DNA of 64,000 nucleotides from Minisyncoccota bacterium (GTDB lineage Bacteria > Patescibacteriota > Minisyncoccia > Phycocordibacterales > UBA9973). Below, piece after piece: positions 17,691 through 27,521 of the stretch; the first letter of the stretch is position 1, and every line of letters starts with the position of its first letter. Under the pieces are notes generated by a model that was given only the letters and a program-made list of their open reading frames with translations, searched no databases and was not told the DNA's origin. The stretch covers positions 26,338 through 90,337 of the forward strand of contig JANOFO010000007.1 in the NCBI GenBank assembly GCA_031413715.1. Direction: 5' to 3'. A program made the translations under genes and the position numbers.

Positions 17691-18392
17691 TTATAAACTT
17701 TCTAGATTTCGTATAGTCTCTCGAATGTCGAGACTGTTCATTAATGCTGAACCAACCACAAGTCTGTTTGCCCCAGCTTCGACAAGAAGCGGTGCAGTCG
17801 TTTCGTTCACGCTTCCATCTACACTGATTATAAGCTCTGGATAAATCTTCCGCAATTCTTTAATTTGCGAGAGTACTCGTTTATCGAACGGTTCACCTTG
17901 TTTGCCAGGATGTTCTATACCCATACACTGAACGAAATCGATATTTGAAATGATGGGAGCGAGCGTAGTTATCGGAGTAGTTGTATTTACAGCGATACCG
18001 ATTTCAACACTCTCTCGCATATACATATCTAAACCTTCGAGGAATTCTTTGAACTCATCAATATTACCTTCTGCCTCTAAATGAAAGACAATTCTACGCG
18101 CGCCCAATCGAGTGTAGAATTCAAAATCTTTGTGAGCATTTGTTACCATAAGATCAAATTCAAAATCCAAAGAGTCCCAGTACGGCAGTCCCTCTTCTTC
18201 CTCTAATATTTTATCTATTGCCGCGGTAGATCTGTCGCCTCTGAATTCCGAGAGTGGCCAGGAGACACTTGGGACAAACTTGCCATCACAGATATCTATC
18301 TGGACTACACGAACCGAATTTGCCACACGTGAAAGATCTTCACGCAATTTCTCGAAACTCTCTACAAGTATTGCAGGTATTATTTCAGTCAT
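17691..18392 (-). CDS. rpe: ribulose-phosphate 3-epimerase
   Basis: IIPAIL...VQIDICDGKFVP and ISVDGSVN...GANRLVVGSA motifs of the Rpe TIM barrel. Confidence 0.8.
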   Translation of the reverse strand: MTEIIPAILVESFEKLREDLSRVANSVRVVQIDICDGKFVPSVSWPLSEFRGDRSTAAIDKILEEEEGLPYWDSLDFEFDLMVTNAHKDFEFYTRLGARRIVFHLEAEGNIDEFKEFLEGLDMYMRESVEIGIAVNTTTPITTLAPIISNIDFVQCMGIEHPGKQGEPFDKRVLSQIKELRKIYPELIISVDGSVNETTAPLLVEAGANRLVVGSALMNSLDIRETIRNLESL

Positions 18393-18431
18393 AGAGTGGC
18401 GGAAACGTATAGGTTTTAGGGTATAGTGATC

Positions 18432-18866
18432 TCATATCTTGTTAATGCGACGGATATGACGCTCATTGTTTGAGAAAGGACATTCCAGGAACATCTTAAC
18501 AGCAATTTTTGCCTCATCTTCACTTACGAAACGAGCTCCAAGTGAAATAATATTTGCATTGTTATGATCACGGGCAAATTTAATGATATCTAGATTACCA
18601 CCGTAATAGAGAGCTGCACGGACTCCTACAATTTTATTTGCACACATAGCTTCACCCTGGCCGCTACCGCCTAAAATAACACCCATGCTTTCATTATTCG
18701 CTGCTACTGCTTGAGCAACAGGCTTGATAAAGTCCGGATAGTCGTCATCGCTCTCCAGTTCAAAGGCGCCCATATCTTCAATCTCATGACCGAGCTCAGA
18801 GAGGTAAACTTTGAGTTTTTCTTTTAATTCATAGCCTACGTGATCTGTTCCCATGTAGATTTTCAT
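18432..18866 (-). CDS. rpiB: ribose-5-phosphate isomerase B
   Basis: RpiB/LacAB family (MKIYMGTDHVGYELK..., C-terminal GGNL motif region). 144 aa. Confidence 0.85.
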   Translation of the reverse strand: MKIYMGTDHVGYELKEKLKVYLSELGHEIEDMGAFELESDDDYPDFIKPVAQAVAANNESMGVILGGSGQGEAMCANKIVGVRAALYYGGNLDIIKFARDHNNANIISLGARFVSEDEAKIAVKMFLECPFSNNERHIRRINKI

Positions 18867-18923
18867 GTGAATATTATACCATTTTATTAAAACATATTAT
18901 AATAGAAAGGGTAATAAGGAAGA

Positions 18924-19511
18924 CTATTTGGGCATAGTTTTTCTTTGTAACTCTTCCCACAAAGGAAGGAACTCATGCCAATATTTTTCCAGGTGTGGAT
19001 AGATTGCTATCTTAGAATCTTTATTTTTCCTTATCATATCTATGGTTAATCCCTTCTCTACATTTATAGTATTCCCTTCAAGGTATACATTCATCTCCGC
19101 AATTATTTTATCAGCGACATATACGAAACGAGCCTCTTCACTATTCTTATTTTCATATTCAATAATAGCATCATGAAATTCAATAAACTCCGGAAACTCT
19201 TCCAGAAGTCTCTTTCTTGCCTCCTCCTCTTTTACCGGTTTAGCCTTAAGAGCTTCAAGATCAGTTGAATGAGTATCTACATCGCCTGCATACACTTCAA
19301 CAAAATCATGAACTAGGGCACATTTTATAATTTTGTTCGTATCAAGCGGTAATTTATCAATAGTTACGATATACCAAGAAAACATTGCCAGTTGATAGCT
19401 ATGTTCAGCATCATTTTCTGTTGAGACCTTCCCGGGGATTTTTATTGTGCGATAAATATCCCGAAATTTAAGAGTAAGCTCTAAAAAATTAAATAATTTC
19501 TTAATCTCCAT
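18924..19511 (-). CDS. HD-domain phosphohydrolase (YfbR-like 5'-deoxynucleotidase family)
   Basis: H...HD...D metal-binding pattern (AEHSYQLA, LVHDFVEVYAGD). Confidence 0.6.
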   Translation of the reverse strand: MEIKKLFNFLELTLKFRDIYRTIKIPGKVSTENDAEHSYQLAMFSWYIVTIDKLPLDTNKIIKCALVHDFVEVYAGDVDTHSTDLEALKAKPVKEEEARKRLLEEFPEFIEFHDAIIEYENKNSEEARFVYVADKIIAEMNVYLEGNTINVEKGLTIDMIRKNKDSKIAIYPHLEKYWHEFLPLWEELQRKTMPK

Positions 19512-20543
19512 TTATTTTATAGTATTCCCCGTCTTAATAACGTGATCTACTAGTGTATACGTGTACCCCATTTCGTTGTCATACCAGCCCATCACTTTAA
19601 CAAGATTACCTCCGACGACTCGAGTCATAGCAAGGTCAGCAATTGAGCCATGAGAATTACCTAGTATATCACTCGAGACGAGTGGCTCATCGGTGACATC
19701 GAATATTTTATCCCAACGTGAATCTTTTGCAGCTTTTTTCAATAGATCATTTACTTCTTCTACTGTAGTGTTTCGTTTTGCAATAAATGTAACATCAACA
19801 ATAGATCCAGCAGGAACAGGTACTCGGATCGATATACCATCAAAGAGCCCAGTAAGTTCTGGAAATGCTTCAGTTACAGCGATAGCGGCACCAGTAGAGC
19901 TTGGGACGATATTCTGAGCTGCTGCACGACCTTCACGAGGATCTTTCTTGCTTGGTCCGTCAACAAGAGATTGCGAGGCCGTATATCCGTGGACAGTATT
20001 TAAAATTGCCTTCTCGATACCAAGACTTTCATGCATGATAGCAATAAGCGGAGAAGCTGCATTAGTAGTACAAGAAGCATTCGAAGTGATATCGCATGAT
20101 CCAAATTTATCTTCGTTTACACCAAGTAAAATGGTCTCACCCTTAACCGTACCATCATCACCTTTTGATGGAGCAGAAATAACGACTTTCTTTGCTCCGC
20201 AATCTATATGGAACTTTGCCTTATCATACGAAGTGAAAAGGCCCGTAGATTCGACTACGACATCAATGTCGAGATCTTTCCACGGGAGCTTTGTAGTATC
20301 CTTCTCGGAAATGAATTTAATAGTTTTACCATCGATGATTAGATCGCTGCCAGAAACATTCACTTCATGACCCCATGTTCTGTAGACAGTATCGTGTTTG
20401 AGTAAATATGCTAGATTTTCAATCGAGCCCAAGTCATTGACCGCTATTATTTCAATCTCGGGTTTATCCCATGCAATTTTTAAAAATGCTCTTCCAATCC
20501 TGCCGAAACCATTGATAGCCACCCGAGTTGTCTTTGTTTTCAT
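19512..20543 (-). CDS. gap: glyceraldehyde-3-phosphate dehydrogenase
   Basis: NGFGRIGR Rossmann motif and the catalytic ASCTTN motif. Confidence 0.9.
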   Translation of the reverse strand: MKTKTTRVAINGFGRIGRAFLKIAWDKPEIEIIAVNDLGSIENLAYLLKHDTVYRTWGHEVNVSGSDLIIDGKTIKFISEKDTTKLPWKDLDIDVVVESTGLFTSYDKAKFHIDCGAKKVVISAPSKGDDGTVKGETILLGVNEDKFGSCDITSNASCTTNAASPLIAIMHESLGIEKAILNTVHGYTASQSLVDGPSKKDPREGRAAAQNIVPSSTGAAIAVTEAFPELTGLFDGISIRVPVPAGSIVDVTFIAKRNTTVEEVNDLLKKAAKDSRWDKIFDVTDEPLVSSDILGNSHGSIADLAMTRVVGGNLVKVMGWYDNEMGYTYTLVDHVIKTGNTIK

Positions 20544-20558
20544 ATAAAGATTATATCA

Positions 20559-20783
20559 CTACTCTCCTATATAGGTAAATCGCGGACCTTTATAACCATC
20601 CTTATTTATATCTTCTAGGAACATGCTTATTGGCCGAGCCCACATCTGCTCATGACCTTCATACGGGTGAGTATAGATAACAAGTTCTTGCTCGTAATCT
20701 TCACTGTTTTTCGCTACTCCTAAAACTGTGACGATACCACCTTTGAAATGTTTATATTTACCTATTTTTACTTTAGATTCCAT
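20559..20783 (-). CDS. DUF1653-like small protein
   Basis: 74 aa. The KHFKGG...VIYTH...WARP pattern resembles DUF1653. Confidence 0.45.
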   Translation of the reverse strand: MESKVKIGKYKHFKGGIVTVLGVAKNSEDYEQELVIYTHPYEGHEQMWARPISMFLEDINKDGYKGPRFTYIGE

Positions 20784-20785
20784 AT

Positions 20786-22222
20786 CTATATTAATTCTTT
20801 AAGTAATTTTTGTACGATGGCAGGGTTTGCTGAACCTTTTGTCTCCTTCATAATCTGGCCAACTAGTGACATAAGCGCATTTTCCTTGCCTCCTTTATAA
20901 GTAGCGACGATGCTCGGATTCGCATCGATGATTTTCTGTACAATATCTTTGAGTGCACCCTCATCGTTTTTCTGAATTAAATCTTTTTCTATTGCAATCT
21001 TTTTTGGTGATTCATCAGAGATTACAATCATTGCAAGAATATCTTTTGCAGCACGTGAGGAAATCTCATTATCAGCTACCATAGTTATAAGCTCAGCAAA
21101 ATTTTCTACTTTCGGTAGTTTTGCTTGCGAGTTTGATTTTTTGATACCAAGATAGTCCGATGTAATATAGTTTGAAGCAATTTTTATTTTTTCTTTATCA
21201 CTAAGTATCTTAGCAATGCTTTCAAACCACATACCGAGGTCAAGGTCAGTTATGTAACTTGTTACATCTTCATCTTTAATGCCGTATTCACTAGTGTATC
21301 GTGCTTTTTTTACCTGAGGTAATTCAGGTAGTTCATTTTTAAGTTTCTCAATATCAAAAGCTTTACTCAAATAAAGCTTTGGCAAATCTGGATCAGGGAA
21401 ATATCGGTAGTCATTGGCATTTTCTTTTGAGCGTTGAGAGAATGTTGCCTGTTTGTTTTCATCCCATCCACGAGTTTCCTGGATTATCTTATCACCTTGA
21501 CCCGATTCAAGGAGCTCTGTCATGCGCTTGATTTCGTATTCGGCTGCTCGTTCTACTGAACGGAATGAGTTAATATTTTTGACTTCGCATTTGATGCCGA
21601 GTTTATTCGGATCGTCTGAAATAGAGATATTGAGCTCAACGCGCATTTCGCCTTTCTCCATGTTTGCTTCTGATACATCAAGGTAGCGAAGTAAAAGCTG
21701 TAGTTCTTTGCCGAAATCCCCTGCTTCCTTTGCGCTGTGAATAACAGGCTCTGTCACGAGCTCCATAAGCGGGACACCTGCACGATTAAAATCTACAAGA
21801 GAATAGTCGCCTCGGTCACCCGCCCGGCCAAGCCGTTCGGACGGGTGTTTATTGTTTGCAGTGTCCTCTTCTAAGTGAATGCGTGTTATTTTTACACCAT
21901 TTAATTCTCCTCCTGAAACTATTGGAAATTTATATTGTGATATTTGATATGCTTTTGGAATATCGGGATAGAAATAATTCTTGCGGTCAAACTCTGTAAA
22001 GTCAGCAATATCTGATCCGAGCGCAAGTCCCACTTTGATTACATTCTCTACGGCCTTTTTATTAATAACAGGAAGTGTGCCAGGGTGAGCCATGCAGACT
22101 GGGCAGATATTTATGTTTGGCTTCTCTTCATCGGGATTATTGACGCATCCACAAAACATCTTGGAATTGGTATTCAATTCTGCGTGGATCTCGAGGCCGA
22201 TAGTCGTATAGTACTGCTTCAT
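20786..22222 (-). CDS. gatB: Asp-tRNA(Asn)/Glu-tRNA(Gln) amidotransferase subunit B
   Basis: MKQYYTTIGLEIHAELNTNSKMFCGC N-terminus and C-terminal GatB/YqeY helical domain. Confidence 0.9.
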   Translation of the reverse strand: MKQYYTTIGLEIHAELNTNSKMFCGCVNNPDEEKPNINICPVCMAHPGTLPVINKKAVENVIKVGLALGSDIADFTEFDRKNYFYPDIPKAYQISQYKFPIVSGGELNGVKITRIHLEEDTANNKHPSERLGRAGDRGDYSLVDFNRAGVPLMELVTEPVIHSAKEAGDFGKELQLLLRYLDVSEANMEKGEMRVELNISISDDPNKLGIKCEVKNINSFRSVERAAEYEIKRMTELLESGQGDKIIQETRGWDENKQATFSQRSKENANDYRYFPDPDLPKLYLSKAFDIEKLKNELPELPQVKKARYTSEYGIKDEDVTSYITDLDLGMWFESIAKILSDKEKIKIASNYITSDYLGIKKSNSQAKLPKVENFAELITMVADNEISSRAAKDILAMIVISDESPKKIAIEKDLIQKNDEGALKDIVQKIIDANPSIVATYKGGKENALMSLVGQIMKETKGSANPAIVQKLLKELI

Positions 22223-22348
22223 AATATAATGGATTTATACTATCAAAAATAAAGGATTTTTCAAAGTAAAGCCGCTTCATACGCATGAAACGGCTTTCTT
22301 TTTCTCGGTTATGACAATTAAAAGAGCTAAAGATATTGTACTCTTTAA

Positions 22349-22377
22349 TTGATAAAAGAGCTAATTTATGCGATTAT
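22349..22377 (+). promoter_or_regulatory. sigma70-like promoter for tRNA-Leu (TTGATA-N17-GATTAT)
   Basis: Hexamers with 17-nt spacing, ending ~9 nt before the tRNA 5' end. Confidence 0.5.
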
Positions 22378-22386
22378 GTCTTTATT

Positions 22387-22468
22387 GCCCGAGTGGCGGA
22401 ATTGGTATACGCGCACGACTTAAAATCGTGTCTCGTAAGGGATGTGGGTTCGACCCCCACCTCGGGCA
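22387..22468 (+). tRNA. tRNA-Leu (anticodon UAA), class II with long variable arm
   Basis: 82 nt GCCCGAGUGGCGGAAUUGGUAUACGCGCACGACUUAAAAUCGUG...GGUUCGACCCCCACCUCGGGCA. Anticodon loop CUUAAAA, no encoded CCA, T-run downstream. Confidence 0.85.
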
Positions 22469-22496
22469 CAATTTAGTTTAGTATTTTTTTGAGAAG

Positions 22497-23753
22497 TTAT
22501 TTCGGTAAATATAACACAGGGTTAAGATAGGCGGTCAGAGCTGCGATTGGCTGAGTGAAAATTTTACCATTGCAACTTTTACTAGGAACTGTTTCAACTT
22601 TTACTCCTTCCGAAGCATAGACAGATACATGCAAGTGTGGGCCTGTAGACGAACCAGTATTTCCCGAAAGTGCTACTACATCGCCAGCACTTACCCTTTG
22701 GCCTATCCTTGCAGTTATTGAAGAAAGATGTCCATATGTGCTAGATAGGCCATTGTCGTATTTAATGAATACCCATTTTCCAAATGATGCTCCTTTACAT
22801 GCGACATCCGTATCGCCAGATCCTAATACTTCGCCGGTTGCCATTGCTTTAACTGCAGTTCCGATGGATGCACGGAAATCTGTACCGTAATGAAATCTTC
22901 CCCATCGCTCTGTGAAGTGCGAAGTAATCACTATTTTGTCCAAAGGCCAGGATAACACCTCTGAGCCAGCTTTAGGTAGAAGTTTTGGATTTAAGATAAA
23001 TTGAAGCTGTGCTTCATAATTCTTGAGCTCACGCTCGAATGTTTCTCTCATCTTCTCGCGTTCAGCAAGAAGCTTTTTGTAGTTAGCTTCTTTATTTTTT
23101 GTTTCTGCTAATAATGTGTCCTTTTCTTTTTTCGTAATATCAACTGCCAGCTTTTTATTAGCAAGATCAGTCTTCAAAACAACAAGTGTTTTTTGCTCTG
23201 TTTGCTTTTTAGTTTTTGAGAGATTGAGTGCATCTACCTTATTTTTAAGATCGGCGATGTTATTTTTTACTTCCTTATTTAAGGAAATGATATTGTTGTA
23301 CTCTTGGCTTGCATCAGAGAAGCTTGTCTGTGACATCAATTGGTAAAGCACTCCAGTATTGTCGCGCTCATTTAAGTTACGGAGCATTACTGCTAATAAT
23401 CTTTTCGAATCATTTATGGATTTCTGTTCCATTGAGATATTCTCAGTGAGCGATCCAATCATGAGATTTGTCGCAGTGATTTTCTTTTCAGTCAGCTGTG
23501 TTTCTTTTAGGAGCTTGCTCCGAGTGAGTGTGAGCTCCTTTATAAGATTGGCTAAGGTTTGTGCTTGTTCACTTGTAAGTGATATTTGGTCCTGGTATTT
23601 CTTAATTTCCTTATCAAGAGCTTGGATTTGGGTGTTGGTATCGCTTATCTGCTGATTTACACTCTCGATAGTTGCAGCAAACGAGACCACGGGTATGGCC
23701 AAAATACTAAATATTGTAAAACTTGTAATGAAAATTCTATACTTCATTACCAT
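22497..23753 (-). CDS. M23-family metallopeptidase with N-terminal coiled coil (EnvC-like murein hydrolase activator/endopeptidase)
   Basis: Signal/TM, ~250-aa coiled coil, and a C-terminal LytM domain with HYGTDFRA ... GNTGSSTGPHLH motifs. Confidence 0.75.
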   Translation of the reverse strand: MVMKYRIFITSFTIFSILAIPVVSFAATIESVNQQISDTNTQIQALDKEIKKYQDQISLTSEQAQTLANLIKELTLTRSKLLKETQLTEKKITATNLMIGSLTENISMEQKSINDSKRLLAVMLRNLNERDNTGVLYQLMSQTSFSDASQEYNNIISLNKEVKNNIADLKNKVDALNLSKTKKQTEQKTLVVLKTDLANKKLAVDITKKEKDTLLAETKNKEANYKKLLAEREKMRETFERELKNYEAQLQFILNPKLLPKAGSEVLSWPLDKIVITSHFTERWGRFHYGTDFRASIGTAVKAMATGEVLGSGDTDVACKGASFGKWVFIKYDNGLSSTYGHLSSITARIGQRVSAGDVVALSGNTGSSTGPHLHVSVYASEGVKVETVPSKSCNGKIFTQPIAALTAYLNPVLYLPK

Positions 23754-23763
23754 GATTATACTA

Positions 23764-25245
23764 TTATTTTTGAAGGAGTGAAATTGCAGAATGCAAACGA
23801 GATAGAGTCTCTTTCTTACCGAAAATTTCAGAGAGAATAAATGGGTCAGGAGATTTATCTAGGCCAGAGAGAGCATATCGCATAGGCCAAAGAATATCTC
23901 CCCGTCCGACTTGTTCTGCGTATAGCCAAATTGCATCTTTGACTTTTTCTTTCGTAAAGAGGGCTTCCTCAATCTGATCAAGAAGGGATACCGTATATTC
24001 TAGGTAATCAGCGAGGATTCTATATCTATTCTCACCTGGAATTTTTGAAGATTTAAAGAATAATGAATCTTTACTCAAAGTTGGCTTAATGAAGAAATAA
24101 GAAAGTTCTCCAGCTTCTGCCATAGCAATTACATCACTTCCTTTCGATATTCGTTCTATAATTATCGGGGTAATGTTGTGAACGATTTCGTTAGTATACT
24201 GAGGGAGCAATTTTAGATCTGAGGGAATAAATTTTGATATATATTCCTCTTGCTCTTCATAAGACAGTTTCTTGAGGTATTCTCGATTGATCCAATCAAG
24301 TTTTTCATCGTTTAACTGTGCCCCAGATTTTTGAACTTTCTCTAAATCAAAGCTCTGTATTAATTCACCTGATGTAAGAATTTCTCTTTCGTCGCCTGGA
24401 TTCCATCCTAGGAATGCCAAGAAATTAACAACAGCTTCAGGCAAGTATCCTTCCTCGCGGTAAAGAAGGATGTCCTTGGCACCATCTCGCTTGCCAAGTT
24501 TCCTCTTGCCGTCATCTGCCATGATTGGTGCGAATGTTGCAAACATCGGCGGCTCTTCTCCCAATGCTTCATATAGAGAAAGAAACTTGGGTGTTGAAGA
24601 TATAAATTCCTGCCCTCTTGTAACATGCGTAACTCCCATTTCTATATCATCAACAATGTGTGCAAAATTGTACGTAGGATAACCATCTGTTTTTATGAGT
24701 ATAAAATCATCCAATGCTTCTTCTCCTGCTGATAGATTTCCAAAAACTAAATCATGCCACTCATATCTTTTAATAGTTGGTACTTTAAATCGAAGAGGCC
24801 TGGTTCCATCCCAGACTCCAAACTCTTTTGGTCTATGCTCACGAAATAGGAAAGGTGCTTTATTTGCTTCAGCTTCTTTCCTAAATTTTTCAACCTCATC
24901 TTCTGTATAGGGATCGGGGTACGCATAACCTTTTTTAATCAGGATATCTGCATATTTTTTATATAGTGATAGTCGATGGGATTGTATATACGGGGCGTGC
25001 GGACCGCCAATATCCGGTCCTTCATCCCAATCAATACCGAGCCATTTGAGTGACTCAATTATATGCTCCATTGAACCTGCAACTTCTCTTTCCTTGTCAG
25101 TATCCTCAATGCGAAGAATAAATGTGCCGCCGTTTTTCCGTGCCCATAGATATGAGTAGAGAGCCGTGCGAATACCCCCAACATGCATAAAGCCTGTGGG
25201 CGAAGGGGCGAAGCGAGTAACTATTTTTCGGTGAGGTTTATCCAT
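23764..25245 (-). CDS. gltX: glutamate--tRNA ligase
   Basis: Class-I HIGH (PSPTGFMHVGG) and KLGKRDG (KMSKS-like) motifs. GluRS architecture. Confidence 0.9.
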   Translation of the reverse strand: MDKPHRKIVTRFAPSPTGFMHVGGIRTALYSYLWARKNGGTFILRIEDTDKEREVAGSMEHIIESLKWLGIDWDEGPDIGGPHAPYIQSHRLSLYKKYADILIKKGYAYPDPYTEDEVEKFRKEAEANKAPFLFREHRPKEFGVWDGTRPLRFKVPTIKRYEWHDLVFGNLSAGEEALDDFILIKTDGYPTYNFAHIVDDIEMGVTHVTRGQEFISSTPKFLSLYEALGEEPPMFATFAPIMADDGKRKLGKRDGAKDILLYREEGYLPEAVVNFLAFLGWNPGDEREILTSGELIQSFDLEKVQKSGAQLNDEKLDWINREYLKKLSYEEQEEYISKFIPSDLKLLPQYTNEIVHNITPIIIERISKGSDVIAMAEAGELSYFFIKPTLSKDSLFFKSSKIPGENRYRILADYLEYTVSLLDQIEEALFTKEKVKDAIWLYAEQVGRGDILWPMRYALSGLDKSPDPFILSEIFGKKETLSRLHSAISLLQK

Positions 25246-25247
25246 GA

Positions 25248-26378
25248 CTATGATTCGTGAGAAAGTGCTATTTCGAGCGCAGCTTGGGCAATCTTTTGTG
25301 CTGCACCGGGTGACGCAAAACCGAGTGCGCTGTTTTTCATTTGTGAGAGTCTTTCTTTATTTTGTATGAGTCGGTCAATCTCGGCCATGAGAACATGCGG
25401 ACTAAGATTGCTTTCTTCTATGACCTCACATGCGCCCGTACGCGCATAATTGAAGGCATTCTTGCGTTGGTGATCACCATTTGAATTTGTGATCGGTATG
25501 ATGATAGATGGTACTCCCCATGAGGCAATTTCAAATATTGATGACCCGGCTCTAGAGATAACCAAAGAGGCTACTCCGGCTGCCATGCGTACATTTAAAT
25601 TGTTTAAATATGATATAGGAACATATCGTGCGATGTTCGGATTATTTTCAAGGACTAATTTCGATCTCTCTACAACATCTTGATGAAGTTTAGCCCCTGT
25701 CTGATGGATAACTTGATATCTTGAAAGTAATTCAGGAAGAATTTCTATAATGACATTATTAATCTTTTCCGCTCCTTGTGATCCACAATATATAAATACT
25801 ACAGGTAAATCCGTATTTGGAAGTTTAAAAAAGTCATGTGCACCTTCTGGGTTGCCTTGGAGTATTGCTTTACGTATCGGTTGACCGGTAAGTGCTGTTT
25901 TTTCTTTTGGAAACTTCTCACCTCCTTCAGGCCATGATACAGCGATACGCTTGGCAAATTTAGCAGTCCAAAGATTGAGCCGTCCCGGGCTTGAGTCGGA
26001 CTCATGAATAATAACGGGGATACGGAGCAGTTTGGCTGCAAAAACCGCTGGAAATGCTGCATAGCCGCCTTTTGAGATGACGACATCGGGATAAATAAAA
26101 AACATTGATAGTAATCCGAAAAATGCTCCGACTCCGGTATTAAACATATCAAAAAAATTTTTTATAGATGAATACGTACGCATCTTGCCAGCAGGAATTT
26201 GCACATAGGTAATCCTGTTCTCAAAAAGCATCCGCTTATCGAACGAAGAGTCAGCCATATAGTAAAGTTTCAGGTCAATAATTTTTTGTTTTTGGGCGAG
26301 CTCATTTAACTCTTCGGCAATGGCAATCAGTGGGTAAAAATGTCCGCCAGTACCTCCTCCTGTAAGCAATATCTTCAT
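25248..26378 (-). CDS. murG: undecaprenyldiphospho-muramoylpentapeptide beta-N-acetylglucosaminyltransferase
   Basis: MKILLTGGGTGGHFYP N-terminus. GT28 family. Confidence 0.85.
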   Translation of the reverse strand: MKILLTGGGTGGHFYPLIAIAEELNELAQKQKIIDLKLYYMADSSFDKRMLFENRITYVQIPAGKMRTYSSIKNFFDMFNTGVGAFFGLLSMFFIYPDVVISKGGYAAFPAVFAAKLLRIPVIIHESDSSPGRLNLWTAKFAKRIAVSWPEGGEKFPKEKTALTGQPIRKAILQGNPEGAHDFFKLPNTDLPVVFIYCGSQGAEKINNVIIEILPELLSRYQVIHQTGAKLHQDVVERSKLVLENNPNIARYVPISYLNNLNVRMAAGVASLVISRAGSSIFEIASWGVPSIIIPITNSNGDHQRKNAFNYARTGACEVIEESNLSPHVLMAEIDRLIQNKERLSQMKNSALGFASPGAAQKIAQAALEIALSHES

Positions 26379-26411
26379 AATTGTTATTGTAGCTTATTTT
26401 ATTTAACTTTT

Positions 26412-27509
26412 CTAGCTTTTCTTTTGTCGTGAAATATTGAGGACCACACCCATAATACCGATCGACAAAAGCAGGGCCGTTCCGCCATGGCTTATAAAAA
26501 CAAGCGGAACGCCAGTGAGCGGAAATACTCCTATGATAGATGCAATATTCATAAATGATTGGGCTGTAATCATAGTGATAATCCCAATTACAAAAAGCTT
26601 TGAGAAAGAATCAGGTGCATGATATGCAATCCTATATCCTCTTAGTGCAAAAGCGACATAGAGGAGTATGAGGATTAGACAGCCAAAAAATCCGAGCTCT
26701 TCCCCTACAACTGCAAAGATCGAATCTCCTTGTGGTTCAGGCAAATAATTGAATTTCTGGATGCTTTGACCAAGCCCGCGCCCAAACACTCCGCCTGATC
26801 CCACTGCGATCAGCGATTGCTGAAGCTGGTAGGATGTAGTAGAACTATTTTGGCTAGGATTTAAAAATGTATTTATTCGTTCTTTAAGATATGGCTTGAA
26901 TGATACTAGAATAACAAATGCGAGTAGAAAAACACCAAGAAGCCCTAAAATATATTTCCATTTGAGTCCAGAGACAAACAGCATGCAGAGGGCAGTAATT
27001 ACAATTAAGATTATGCTTTTTGTGTCTGGTTGCTTTAATAGTAAAAAAACACTTACACTAAATAGAAATATCGGCAGTACTATCTTCCACCCTATATTAT
27101 CAAGCCTCCCCTTTATCCAAGAGAGCCAAGCAGCAAAATAAATAATGAAGCCAATTTTTAAAAATTCCACTGGTTGAAATGAGGCACCTAGAATATCTAC
27201 CCATCGTGTCGCACCACCATGCGAAGACCCAAAGCTTGGTACAAATACAAGGCCAGTTAGGACGATTGAGGCGGCAAATAATGGCAAGGCGTAATTTCTC
27301 CAAAATTTATACGGGATCTTCAAACCGATCCAAAGTGCAACCAGCCCGCCGCCTAATCCAAACACAAATTGGGCAAATATCACACTGTAAAATTTGGTTT
27401 CATTCTTGGCAAGGATTCCAAGCGATGCAGATGTGAACATGATCACACCTATAACTATAAGCGCAATTAATATCCCAAAAAACATTTTGTCTATTTTCCC
27501 TTTTTTCAT
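26412..27509 (-). CDS. ftsW: SEDS-family peptidoglycan polymerase (FtsW/RodA)
   Basis: 10-TM SEDS protein with the conserved W..ILG..QP.EF.K region. Its position between mraY and murG favours FtsW. Confidence 0.8.
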   Translation of the reverse strand: MKKGKIDKMFFGILIALIVIGVIMFTSASLGILAKNETKFYSVIFAQFVFGLGGGLVALWIGLKIPYKFWRNYALPLFAASIVLTGLVFVPSFGSSHGGATRWVDILGASFQPVEFLKIGFIIYFAAWLSWIKGRLDNIGWKIVLPIFLFSVSVFLLLKQPDTKSIILIVITALCMLFVSGLKWKYILGLLGVFLLAFVILVSFKPYLKERINTFLNPSQNSSTTSYQLQQSLIAVGSGGVFGRGLGQSIQKFNYLPEPQGDSIFAVVGEELGFFGCLILILLYVAFALRGYRIAYHAPDSFSKLFVIGIITMITAQSFMNIASIIGVFPLTGVPLVFISHGGTALLLSIGIMGVVLNISRQKKS

Positions 27510-27521
27510 CCGATTTAACTG

